Origin: the human T2T-CHM13v2.0 reference genome, Homo sapiens
Strand: one strand, 5' to 3'
DNA: 64,000 bases
Assembly: GCF_009914755.1 (NCBI RefSeq)
Contig: NC_060928.1
The position numbers and the translations under genes were made by a program. The first letter of the stretch is position 1. Every line of letters begins with the position of its first letter. Positions 1-13,134 of the stretch are shown here, in pieces. The notes beneath the pieces are model-generated. The model worked only from the letters and a program-made list of their open reading frames with translations, was not told where the DNA came from and made no database searches.

Positions 1-464
1 GCACACATATGTTTATTGTGGCATTGTTTACAACAGCATAGACTTGGAACCAACCCAAATTTCCATCAATGATAGGTTGCATAAAGTGGCACATATATAC
101 CATGGAATACTATGCAGCCATAAAAAAAGGCTGAGCTCACGTCATTTGCAGGCACATGGATGAAGCTGGAAACCACCATTCTCAGCAAGCTAACACAAGA
201 ACAGAAAATAAAACACCGCATGTTCTCACTCATAAGTGGGAGTTGAACATTGAGTACACATGGACACAGGGAGGGGAACGTCACACACTGGGGCCTGTCA
301 GGGGGTGGGGAGGTAGGGGAGAAATAGCATTAGGAGAAATATCTAATGTAGATGACGGGTTGATGGGTGCAGGAAACCACCATGGCACATGTATACCTAT
401 GTAACCAACCTGCACGTTCTGCACATGTATCCCAGAACTTAAAGTATAATTTAAAAAAAAAAAA
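1..464 (+). mobile_element. L1PA 3' end with A-tail
   Basis: Canonical L1 3' UTR ending CCCAGAACTTAAAGTATAAT and poly(A). Confidence 0.95.
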
Positions 465-465
465 T

Positions 466-652
466 TGTCTCTACAAAAAACTTTTTAAAAAATTGGCCTG
501 GTGTGGTAGTGCTCCTGTAGTCCTAGCTACTCAGCAGGCTGAGGTGAGAGGATCCCTTGAGCCTAGGAGATGGAGGTTACTGTAAGCCTCAATGTCACCA
601 CTGCATTTCAGCCTGGGCAACAGAGAAAGACCTTGTTTCAAAACAAAACAAA
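466..652 (+). mobile_element. 5'-truncated old Alu (AluJ-like)
   Basis: Middle A-rich linker plus right arm. Confidence 0.85.
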
Positions 653-3123
653 AGGATTGCCAAACCCAAACATAAAGCTTTTAGAGGAAAACAGGAGCCA
701 TCTCCCTTGATTACTTGGCAGCAGGCAAAGCTTTCTTAGGTTACAGAAAAACCATAAAAGAAAAAATAATAAAATAATAAATTAGACTTCATAAACAAAC
801 AAATGACAACCGCAAAATCTCCCACTCACAAGACACTGTAGAAACAATCCAAGTATCCATCGATTGGAGAATGAATAAACAAACGGAGGTGCAGAATATG
901 CAGTGTACTCATATACATCTGTGACATGCAATAATACAGATGAATCCAAAACATGTTAGGCTGAGTGGAAACTAGCCACAAAAGAGTACCTACTGCATGC
1001 ATAATTTCATATATAAGATGTTCTAAAACAATCTCTTCTGGGAAGCAAGGGCTGAGTTGGGCTGGGAAGAGGCATGAAAGGACATTTTTGTGGTGATAAT
1101 AATGTCTTAGGGGGTTTGGGTTTACAGAGGTGTAAGCATTTGTTGAAACTCAAAAAATGTGTAGTGAAGATATATGTATTTCATTGTATGTAAATTTTAT
1201 AATAAAATACTGAAAAACATACTCTACTCAATTATATATATATACTGACTATAAGTAAAAAAAGCACATCTCTTCCTAGATTTTATTGTTAAATTGAATG
1301 AATAAGAACTGTATATCTTTCTTATCTGGTTATTGTGAGTAGCCATGCAATGATTCTTAGAATATTTGGTAAAATTATTCTCATCATAAAGAGATTCTCA
1401 GTAAATGTTTGCTACTATTACTGTTTTTTCTTGTATTTTGGTTTTAGAATTTAAGAAGTGTCAACATTTTACTTTGAGGCATTGTATTGAATGCTTTGAG
1501 GCATTTAGTGTTGAAGTAATTATGGACTAATAGAAAAATAATAAGGATGGATATAAGTATATGCTTACCAAGTTAAAACTATGAAGTGCTAATGCATAGC
1601 ACTGTAGCAATAGCAATGGAGGTAACTTCTGCTCTTGTTGTTTAAAAATCACAGTAGGAAGATTGTGCTTTTCAGATGGTGACATTAATCTTGATTTATG
1701 TTTTTAATACAATTGCAAAAAACTATAATCAAGAAGTTACATAGTACAAAGAAACAATACGATGCAAGTCATTTCATATACATTCAATATGTGTTAACTA
1801 TTCAAAAATTATCTTTCTTTTTCAACACCAGAATGAGTTCATTAAAATTAATATTAAAAACATAATAGTAAATATTAAAATTATTTAATTTTTATTAATA
1901 TAACTATTGATAAAATAGCATAACTAAAATTATTGTGTGTACTAAGATAATTTAAAAACAACAAATTTCTGGTTTCAGACACTTTGGCTGTTAACCAGAA
2001 ATATTCCAATTTATCCCTTTCAAGTTCATTATTTTATAATTATTTCAAATAAGACAAAAGCAACCACAACTACAATAGCAAAGAGTATGGTCACATTTAT
2101 ACTAGTATCTTATTTTTTCAATTGTTTTAAACAGGTAAATTTGAAAGGCGTAGTGGTCTACACTTCATCAGTGATGGGATTAAAAATATTAGCGTCAAAA
2201 TTATATCCTTATAATTAAATAGAAGAGGAACTAGCGATTGTTTATGTCATGCCAATTTACTGAAAATAAAGCATTTTGGGAGAGTTTTAAAATCAATAAA
2301 ATATTGAGTAACTAATGTGAGATGATTGACATGCTTACCTGCTTCATTATAGTAACTTTTTCACTATCTATTTGTATCTGATAATATCACCTCGTAACTT
2401 TAAATATACCAAATAAAATTTATCCAGAAAACTAACATTTGATGAACTCTCATGCTGAAACACTGGCATAAACATGCTGAAAATTAGTTAATACTCTAAT
2501 AATATTTATGCTTCCCTGCTTCAACTTTGTTCTCAGTCTTCCTTATAATTTGTTGTTCCATCTTCAGCAATTCCTTTTATTTCATTTTTGACTATTTTAA
2601 AACTTATGCACTAGCCTAGAACCTCTGATAAATATTTCCACTAAAACCACCAAAGAGAAGTATAGGCGACACTCCAGTATGAAATGTGTTACCACTTCAT
2701 GATAAAGACTGGGAATTTTTTCCCAAAGAAAATGCAGTCGCTGGAAATAATAGATGTGCTGCTATTTTTCAGTTGCAATTGAAATATCCCTACATAGGGA
2801 GAAAGGGTGTTTGTAATGATTGAATTAGGAGACAGACAACCTAGAAAATTATTGAACTTTTATTGTTGAAGAGGTAACTACAGTTGAAATAGAAATAAAG
2901 ATAATTTGTTTCTGGCCATAAAGAATGTAACTGTGTATAAAAAAATGGTAACTGTTGTAGTTTATTGTAATTTTCCCCAGGACTGGAACATAAATATAAA
3001 CATGTTAGATTTTATTTTTGAGTTTTTAAATAATAAATGGTGAGTCTGTTTGTTTTCTGTTGAAGTATTTTCATCAGGATTGGCTGTTAGCCATGTTTTC
3101 AATATTTGTTTTCAAAGTCTCAC

Positions 3124-3206
3124 CAAGGCCATTCTGGACTACCCACTACACAGCGAAGTATTGGTACAAAGGTATCTGATTTCCTGTCATCAAATTTCCA
3201 TGTAAT
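3124..3206 (-). pseudogene. UGT2B pseudogene exon 4
   Basis: TGGAAATTTGATGACAGGAAATCAGATACC...CAGAATGGCCTTG|GTGAG. Acceptor lost. Flanks match UGT2B4 intron 4. Confidence 0.8.
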
Positions 3207-4316
3207 AATTTATATAAAGAAAATACTTTATTCTGAGTCAAATTCAAATTAAAGCATATTTGTTAGAATTCTAAAGACTGAGATCCCTGCTAAATGTCTT
3301 CTACATAGCACACAAAGAGATGAGGATAAGACAGGTTAATTAATGAGAACTACTGGAAGTCTGAAGTAAATAGAACAACTATATTTCCTGGACTTATTTT
3401 TACATTAAGTCAGTTTAAATGCAATCATAATATTTCATACATAGTGACTTAAACAATTGAGATAATAAATGAAAAATTCAAGTATTTAATTGTTAGTCAT
3501 AATTCTAGTGTGAAGAAGAGTAACAAATTCATAATGGTCCACACTTTTAAAATTAATGTGTGTACTATACTTACTGTCATCTTCCAAATTTATTATTAAG
3601 CTTTTTGATTTTTAAAATAATGAAATGGGAGACAGTTTACTTATCTTCACTTGTTCCATAGTTAGAGTCTGACATCCTTTGATTTACAAAGAAAGCAAAT
3701 CTATGCAATCCTCTCTGTATGAGAAATAAATTAATTCTGCTTAGGAATTACATATAAAGAGAAAAAAATTCAAGTGGCATTTTTCACATATATCCATAAT
3801 ATTATTACATCTGTTAGCATAGACATTTTTAGATTTGGGTAAGAATGATTGGCATCTTATAAATAATAATACTGCTGAAAAAATTTCTAAAATGCAATGA
3901 TGCTAAATTTTATTCAAAGACTGTTAAGTCTTTGATGACATAGTCCAAAGCATTGAAAGCAGTGTTTAATGTGGTTGTCTATAGCTAAGCCATTTGGTAT
4001 ATTCCTAGTAACAAAATGAGGTACTGATTTTGGAATTACCAGGAAATCTTCATAAACTAGTGTATAATTTACAAGTTTTAAAATTCATTTTTTATGCGAG
4101 TGTTAAAAATAACTTCAGGTTTGCAGACAAAAAATAGTATAGGTAATTACAAAAAGCTATATAGAATATAAAAATAAAGAGTATTTCATAAGTATTCAAA
4201 GATCATAGTTTTGTTGTACATATTAGAAAGTTAGTTATTACTATATTTTAGGGGTTGGAGCATCTGAGCTTCTCTCCTTGCTTGATTTTTCCTCTCTTTC
4301 TTCTTCTTCTTCTTAC

Positions 4317-4617
4317 TTTTTTTTTTTATTTGGAACAGTCTCACTCTGCCTTTCTGGTTGGAGTGCAGGAGTGTGATCATAGCTCAGTGTAACCTTAAAC
4401 TCCTGGACTCCATCAATCCTCCTGCCTCAGCCTCGAGAATAGCTAAGACTACAGGCATGCACCTCTGCACACTTCTATTTATTATTATTATTACTTTTTG
4501 TAGAGACAGGGTCTCTGTATGTTGCCCAGGCTGGTCTCAAATTCCTGGGCTCAAGAATGCTTCGACTTCAGCCTCTCAAAGTCTTGGGACTACAGGCGTG
4601 AGCCAGCATACCTGGCC
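4317..4617 (-). mobile_element. Alu (AluJ-like)
   Basis: Diverged reverse Alu. Confidence 0.9.
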
Positions 4618-5412
4618 TTGACTCTTTCTTATATCCTCTTCTTCTTCAAGTGGGTGATAGCGTAAATACATGGGTTAGAAGTGGAGTCTTTTGGGGGAAC
4701 ATTTTATACTGATGGTCCACCTTAAGGGCAGGATCCAATCCCCTTCCTTTCTGTTACACCTTCCTTTCAGACGTTGGCAATGTCTAGTCTATCAAGCCAG
4801 GTTGGTTTTTCTATTTCTCTAAATCTACCTGGCTGAGTGGGTGCCTAGACTCAAGGTGGGGAGCCGTGGGCTTTCTTTCTCTGAATAGTCCCCTGAACAA
4901 CACACTGAATAGGTCTATTTCAAAATTAGGGAAAGTAAAGAGGCTCAGATTACATGGGAAGTCTAAATTCCCATAATACATTTTGGATTTTTTTCAATAC
5001 CTACTTATTGTTATTGTGCTAGTGTAGTTAGCCATCAATATAACTCCTTTCTGATAATATTTGTAGTGTATAGAGTGCTCTCAGGATTCCTGTAAGCAAA
5101 GCGATCAAATGACAGGGCAGAATTTGGTGATATCTGTTACCTGCCTCAAATACCATAATACCAGAATGCCACACTGCGCTTCTTCATTATATATCCTTTC
5201 TGATCATAATGGTCATGCCAAAGTACTGTTCATCAAAAAAACTCTTACCATTTTATTATCTGTCATATACATTGTTTTTAAACTGACATCTGAGGTGAAT
5301 TCAAATTATCTGAAAAGCTAACTTGTCAGGCAGGAAATTTTTATCCTTTAACCCTTTACAGAGTTTAAAGCTCTTTTCAGTAGTTTTCCATCACTCAGGC
5401 AATTTATCTAAC

Positions 5413-5542
5413 CTTTGGAGAGAAGTGCACAAAGGCTGTTGCAATCACATTGACCCTTTCCTCTGTGATGTTACTGACCATTGACCCCAGAGACAACGAT
5501 GCAATGCTATTTTCTCCAGATCTCTGGGAAAGTTTTCATTTC
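5413..5542 (-). pseudogene. UGT2B pseudogene exon 3
   Basis: TAG|GAAATG...[29 protein letters not shown]...AAG|GTTAG; 130 nt, so frameshifted. Confidence 0.9.
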
Positions 5543-5689
5543 CTATGAAGAAATAATTTGCTCTGTCACAAAAGAGCAATAACACAGCCAACATTATTGG
5601 AAGAATTGCTACAAGAAACTAAGTAGAAAAAATCAAGTATCAGCCAGAATTGTTAGCGGAGTGGCTATGGTAAAACATGCATGAAACTT

Positions 5690-6240
5690 TCCATCATAAC
5701 CACTTCTAAGTACACAGAGAATGCTAGATATATTCACAATGCTATGCAATCAATCTTCGGAATTTTTTTCTTCTAAAATGAAAACTCTATACCTAATATA
5801 CAACAACTTTCCATTTTATGCTCTCCTTTTTACCTACTAATCACTTTCTTTTTCTATGAATTTCACAGTTTAAATACCTTATATGAGTGGATTACAGTGT
5901 TTGTCTTTTTTGATTTATTCACTTAGTCTAATGACATCAAGCTTCATCTACATTGTAGCATGTGTCACAATTCCTTTTTTTAAGGCTGAGTAAAATTTTA
6001 TTTCGTGTATATAACATATAGCAGTTACAGTTGTTATATATTTGTTCCTTGATAGACATTTGGATTGTTTCCAGCTCTTAGCTTTTGTAATAGTGCTGTT
6101 ATGGACATAGATGTGCAAATATCTCTTTGAGATCCTGATTTTCATTCTTATTAATACAATTCAGAAGTGGAATTTCTGTATCACATGTTAATTCTATCTT
6201 TAACATTTTTTGAGAAACCTCCATACTGACTTCTAGTAGT
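5690..6240 (-). mobile_element. Old L1M 3' fragment
   Basis: Reverse L1 3' motifs (GAAGTGGAATT, AACCTCCATACTG). Boundaries approximate. Confidence 0.7.
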
Positions 6241-9200
6241 GCCAGTTTTTTAAATACGACATCGCTCAGTTCCTTTGGAAAGACTTATGTTATACAACAT
6301 CAATTTTCTCTATTATTAATCTGTAGTTATGTAAGTGTGTGCATGTGCGTGTGTGTGTGTATGTATTTGATTAAGTATGTAAAGTAAGAAATAAATTAGT
6401 ATCTTTACACAGTAGTGAGGGAAAGATACAGTTAAAAATATGGGAACCAAGCTCTTGTAATCACTAATATAGATTCTTAGGAAGACTACCACTGTTTACT
6501 TCTCTTTAATTTTATATTGTTATTGTTCTCCTAAGTAACTTGTTTTTATTTCAGGGAGGTTTTCTAAATCATTACTTTAATGTAGTCATTATAATTTCAT
6601 TTCCTTGATTATGCTACTAAGGAAAAGTCACTTATGATTGGGAAGATATTATATATTTCTCTCAACTGTATAATTATTTCTAACCTATCTTAAAATTTGT
6701 CAGAATTTCCCAAACCTTCCTTCTAAATCACTCCTTCATCACATAAGGTAAGAATTGCTGACATCCCGAAGCCTGGTGCATGGTTTTGACTGGTGTATGG
6801 TTTTGAATTTCTGTGAACTCATCCTCAAAATCCTACTGATAATCCATAAGTAAACATGTATAGTTACATATTTCTGGGTTTGTTTATGGGTGACACCTGT
6901 TACTCTGATATCTTACTGTAAAATTGGCACCCTCATGGAATGTGTTATGTACAACTGGCTTCGAGGGACTCTCATCATCACCTCACCATGTCCTATGTGG
7001 AGGATGCACATGCACACTTCAGTGGGAGAGGTCCACCAGGCTTTTCTCCAGAAAAGATCCGGTCACTCTCTTGAGCAGCTCACTTCACGCTTCAGAAAAC
7101 TCCTGCTAAAGACTTGTTTTCCTGGATTTGTTTGAGAATTATTCTTACTTGTGATCCCTTCTACTTACGAGTTTTAAAATTCAATTTCTTTCTGTAAACG
7201 AGTAATTCCCATGTTACTTGATGTACTTTCCCACCAAAAAAGAAATATGGAGAAGCCAAAGTTTCCTTGTTCTCCTGTCAAAACTGTATACTCACTTTTT
7301 TGTTATTCCTTGTGTTTTACATTCACCATTTAACTTTACTTTCTGTAAAATAATGATCAAACCCTTTGAACATAAAAAGTGTACTTTCTGATATAAATCA
7401 TGGATGTAAAGCTTACTTTAAAAACAATTTTTCAAAGGAAAAAGATAAAAGGAAAAACCATTCAGCCTTTCACTGTGCCAAATATGTATTGTCCAGAGCA
7501 TTCTTCAAAAGTGTGACTTTAACCTTATGACATTAGTTTCAAAATGAAGGTCACTATACTAATTATATCAACCACATAAAACAAGTATTCTGTATGATTC
7601 CAGTTACTTGTGGCAACATATAAAGTAACCTGTGTTCAACGTTTCATCTCAATGGTTTCCTGCCTAAAACCTTTTAGGGGTGGAACTTACAGTGTTGCAG
7701 TATGTCATCTCTGTTTGAAGGTTAATAACTAACATGGAAAGTTCATTCTCTTTCTGTGATATCCTTATGAAAATTATGCAAGCGTGTTGTAAGAAAATTG
7801 AAAGAGAATGAAAAAGTAAGAGTCACTCCATACACAGATACCCTGTTTAACACTTTATGCTTTTATTCTAGTCTTTATTCCTATAACTAAATGTATATTA
7901 TTTTGTATACATTTAGAAAATTGTAACCCACCATATATTTCTTGTATTATTCTACAAGAACAAGGTGATCTTATATTTATTTTCTTTGCTGCTCTGTTTC
8001 CAATTAAACATCGATAATGGCTGTTTTAGTGTTATCAAAGATACTTTGATAAAACAATTGTAATATTGTGATATGTATATGCTATTTATTATTTCTTAAT
8101 ATTGGGTATTTAGGATACTTCCAATGTTTATTTTTGTAAATAACTGCTATAAGTGTTAATTTTGCTTCTCTTTTTTCTCTGTATAGTTTTATATGATATC
8201 TTATATATCCAAAAAGTATAAGTATTTTTAACACTCTAGATGCAATTTGCCAAATGCCATTTTCTTTTATAAGAAAGGAAAAAATTATCTGAGCATTGAA
8301 TGTTTAATGGAAAAGCAAGTAATTTTGACATGCAAAAATATTTTTAACATAGAATAAGAAGACAGACTTCACAATCTTTGACTTGGGTTCAACTATTTAT
8401 CATCATTAAAGTGCTATTCATCCTTCTCCTTACCTTCTTTTTCCTCAACCTCTTTCTGCTCCTCCTACTGGCACCGTCATTTTCCCTTTGTATGAATTGG
8501 GAAATCATTCAAGTATAAGGATATATTACATAGAACATTCACTAATACAACCTCAGACTTTGGACCAGTGAAAGTCATCATACCATACATAGCCTAAACA
8601 GTATACAGTCAAAATAGATACAAGATTTCAACAATTTAAAAACATTTCAGTTTTATGTCACTGCTAATATACAGGTAGACCAAAAGAATTTTTTAGAAGA
8701 TCATATAACAGGATAGTAAAGATTTATTGATTTCTACATATCTTAAAAATGTGATATGAATTTGAAATATTTAAATTTATTTTCTTATGTTCCTTTCTAA
8801 GAAATATTATCCTATATGCTGACAGAATTATTTTGGAATTTGAAACTCAGGACAGTTTTCAGATACAAGTGGTAAAATTATTTGATCTTTATAATTTATG
8901 CAGTGTACATTTTCTCTGTGTTTCCCTGTCAGGCAGGTATGATGTCAAGACCCACATTTTCCAAGGAAGCTTTACTGAAGTGTTTTATAGGTTTGGCATA
9001 TAGCATAAATCACCAGCTCTGATAAGGTAAACCATCACTTTTATTCTATAAGATGTACAACTCTGTGATCTCGGACGATAATTTAATTATGGGGTGAGGG
9101 CAAGTCAACATTGGATATGGCTGCAATTATTGGTAGGGCAACACATTTACACTGTTGAGAACTAGTGTACCTTTTAAGTTAGAATGCTGGTGAAGAGTTT

Positions 9201-10116
9201 CAATCCTTGAAAGACAATTTCAGCATTTCATCCTTTTTATCTTATTGCAACGGACGGTGTACATTTTGCATGTCTTAAATGCTTCTTCTTTCCATAGGTT
9301 TGCCCCTTCTGCAAGTCAATCTAGGCACTGCATCTTAAATGGTTTTTCTTCCTTCTTCTTTAAGGAAGTTTAATAATATACCTTCCTAGCTCAACTTTTT
9401 TCTCTGGCTCTCCAACGCCCTTGGCGGAATATCTGACTCCAAATTACCTCTCTAGAGATATCTACCTCTGTATTCAACTTCTTCCTGCCAGACAAAACTT
9501 GGAGTGTTGGGAACTAACCTGTCATTACTACTCTACTGCTTTCTTTCCATGTCTTCCTTTTCCCTTCATCTCTTCACCTATTTCTGTACATCATTCAGGT
9601 TTTGCTTTTATTATCAACGTTGTTGGTTTACTCTCTATTATCCCCATTGAAAATTTCCCTAGCATTGTGGTCTTTCCTTTTTAAAATCTTTTTCATGCAA
9701 TTTTTATGGCATGTTTTTTTCTTCTGTCATTCCAAATAGAACTTAAAGTGTATGGGAGGAGAAACTGTGCCTAAATTTGTTTATCTGCAAATCCAGCAGT
9801 TACCTCTGGTGTATTTCAATCATTTTATAAGTAGTTTTTGAGGGAATGACTTATACTGTCTTATATGTTGAATAATGAAGGCCTTAGTTTAAGTAACCCT
9901 ATTGCTAATGTCTCAAAGGCATACCACTTTGTTCTGTAATGATAACAAAATTCAGACATTTGTGATGGTATAAAAATATATGAGTTTCAAATTGGCAGAT
10001 TACTTTACCTCATTTCCCAAATCTCACTGCAAGCCAAAACTCTGAAGAATGAATGCAGCGTCATCCTCACTGAAAATGCAAAGGAAACACGGCAGAGTAA
10101 ACATAAATATATTGGT

Positions 10117-10265
10117 CTTAGACAGGGGATTAGCAGGTTTGTAATAGGGCCCTTCAACAAAATCAAAATTTGGTAAGTTTCGGTGAGGAAGTACTAAATA
10201 CCGTTGGGTTCAAATGAACCATATTTCTGCTTTCCCCTTTGTCTCAGATAATGTAGTGGGTCTCC
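10117..10265 (-). pseudogene. UGT2B pseudogene exon 2
   Basis: Reads [16 protein letters not shown]...KPANPLSK; 149 nt; acceptor AG changed to TG and donor GT changed to AC. Confidence 0.9.
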
Positions 10266-10604
10266 CAGAATGAGTAAAATAAAAAACAAAATATTACTAG
10301 AATTTTCATGTGAATATACTTTGTAATTTCTAAAAGGAGTTGGAATAATGCAGTCAATGATGTATAAAATGTCTAATAATTGATAAAACAAATATACTTA
10401 TTTAGCCATAATATAACTTACATGAATAATTTGTGTTGTTTATATTATGTATATATACACACACATAAACACACACATATTTATAAAAGGTACAGTGAGA
10501 GGAGACTACGTCTGTAACATTACATAGGTGTATTCACAACCGTAAATAGTTATTGAAATAACCCACCATAGAATTGAACATGTATTGTTTTTCTCTCAAA
10601 AGAT

Positions 10605-10957
10605 GCAAAAATAACAGATGTAAATGTAAACAATTATATTAGCTCTAGAATCAAGTAATCTTAACATCAGGAAACAGCTTTCCCAGGAGTACTCAGTCTA
10701 TGTTTCTACTATTTAACAAGCATGTCTTTAAACCTTGGTTTCCAAGCATGTCTTTAAACCTTGGTTTCCCAAGGGAATGAAATGTTTTTGAGAGAATGTC
10801 TGAATTTCTGCTATCTTGAAAAACAAAGATTCAAAGACGTGCTTGCTAAATAGTAGAAACATAGACTGAGTACTCCTGGGAAGGCTGTTTCCTGATGTTA
10901 AGATTACTTGATTCTAGAGCTAATATAATTGTTTACATTTACATCCGTTATTTTTGC
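10605..10957. repeat. Long inverted repeat (palindrome) with an internal 26-bp tandem duplication
   Basis: 10605-10715 matches the reverse complement of 10847-10957 at 109/111 positions. Pairing continues less perfectly inward. Confidence 0.97.
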
Positions 10958-11535
10958 GATAGATTTGTTAGGACTTAATAAAAAATGTGTGACTATTCTA
11001 AACCTCAAATTGTACTATTATTAGAGGTTTTTGAGTATCAGAAAGAGATAATATATTATTTACCAGTGAAATAATCCTTTAAGTAATATGAAATACATAT
11101 TTTCATTTTCAATAAGGAGACTGAGGTACACAAGGTAAAACAGTTTCCTCAGCGCTACATAGATAGAAGTGCTACAAATATATGTGTCCCTCATGAATTT
11201 ATATCTTTATCAAAAAATTAGGGAGATGTCTGCTGAATTTTTATGAGATGAAAATAAATGTATGGTAAATTGTATATCTAATTGCTCACAGACATCCATA
11301 TTGCTTCAATTCATAGTTGTATAACGTTCTAGAGTGTCCTGTGTGAGTGATGGCCACAGGATTCTAATGGATCATATAACATCAGCCGTTCCATAATGTT
11401 TGGAAAATAATCATTTTGTCTTTTTATTTCATCATTTCGCCTATAAAACACAATTTTCTGATTTTATATTTATATAACTTTATCTTCAAAGGCATCGTGA
11501 AAGTTAGAACTTTATACTATCAATTAAGAACATAC

Positions 11536-11897
11536 ATAGTTCTTTACTGTAAAACTGATCCCACTTCTTCTCATTAAATGTTTGGAACCAAAAGTCAAAA
11601 TAAATTACATATACATTTTGCGTTCTCCATATATGTTACACTTGGTTCCCTAATTCTGACAGAACAACAGGCATGTGGAAAGGAGGGAATTGCAGTCCTC
11701 CACTGTACTTCTCCAATACGTAACCAGGAAAGAGGCAGAAACTGTAAAGAAAGGATGATTTAAGTAGCTCAGCCAGCATCTCACCACAGGGACTGATGGC
11801 ATGTGCAAGAAGTACATCAAACAATGACTTTTGTAGTTTTTTCATAAGTTTCTTGTTCAAAACCAAATTTTTACGAAGATTTTCATAACAATCAGCA
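11536..11897 (-). pseudogene. UGT2B pseudogene exon 1, 3' part
   Basis: ORF 11636-11866 reads [35 protein letters not shown]...EKYSGGLQFPP; ends ...[11 protein letters not shown] then |GTATG. Confidence 0.92.
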
Positions 11898-13134
11898 TGC
11901 TAAAGTGAACTAAATATGGCCCGAGGACTTTGTACTTTTATATTTGAGTCCTTGTGGATGAATTGCCACCTACCTTAATAGGTAGACAAAACTGAAAACC
12001 TAACTTAGGAGTATGTGCCTGTAACAATAACTGAGTCTTGGCCAATCTCAGCGGCCATACTTCAATCATTCATACACTGTTAAGTGTTCAAACTTTGTTC
12101 AAATAAGGCCAACGCCAACCTCTAACCAATCCAGCTGTTGTGTACCTAACTTCCTATTTCTGTACATCATTTCCCTTTTTTGTCTATAAATCTTCTTCCA
12201 CCACGTGGCTGTGCTGGAGCCTCCCTGAATCTGCTGTGATTCTAGGGGCTGCCCAATTCTTGAATTGTTCATTGCTCAGTTAAACTTCTTTAAATTTAAT
12301 TTGGTTGAAGTTTTTAGTTTATCAGATGACATCAGAAGCAGGATCTGAAGTGGAGCTTCTAGAGACCCCCAGGAGCTTTTAGTGAACAAGCAAAGTACTT
12401 GCAGGGCCCACTTGTGTCCACTGATCTCCAGAGTGGCTGGGGATTGTGGTTAAGCTCTCTGGGATTTTGGAACTCCACAGATTTGTGTTTTGAGTTCTCC
12501 AAGTTTCTTTAAAAAAATTCCTGATCCAAACTGGGTTTGGAAACTGTGACAGAAATGGATTTGATCTGGGAATTTACTGGCTTGGATATACTTAGAGGCC
12601 TCTTATATCTGACTGGGGCAGAAAGGAACTAGTTAAGCAGTTATATGGCAGGGGTTATAAAATTTGGCTTGGAAAATTTACAGAGATTTTTGTGTTACAC
12701 CCTTTGCTTTATTTTTCTTGCATGCTTAGGTAGGAAAAAAACCACTGGCTAAGTTAATCAAGAGAATTGGAGAGTAAAGCCAATATTTCAGATAAAAATG
12801 GGATCCTTAAGTTCTTTCCTGCTTATACATGATGCCTGGGAAGCAGCAAAGTCTTCCAGAAATGACGAACCCTTACTAAAGGTAACTTACAGTGGAATGT
12901 TCTGAATGAACAAAAATGCCTTGAAGTACATTTAAAAATGAGGGCTCTCAGTAAAGTCCCTTTTGGCTGAGAACTGGTTTGACACTATGGGATGTTAACT
13001 GCTATTTTCGTTGGATTAATCTGTCTTACATTTATTGCTGACTGCTATGGGTGACAGGATTAGGCATGTACAAAACCATGGGACACGGGGAGCTTTTTCC
13101 TCCCCAAAACGGGAAACTTGATAGCTGATGGAAC

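Noticed and set aside
4680-4990. Block similar to 35490-35830
   Set aside because: Explained by collinear intron-3 homology from the gene duplication.
12327-12344. tRNA-like sequence
   Set aside because: A degenerate primer-binding site (tRNA-Leu-like complement) of the provirus, not a tRNA gene.
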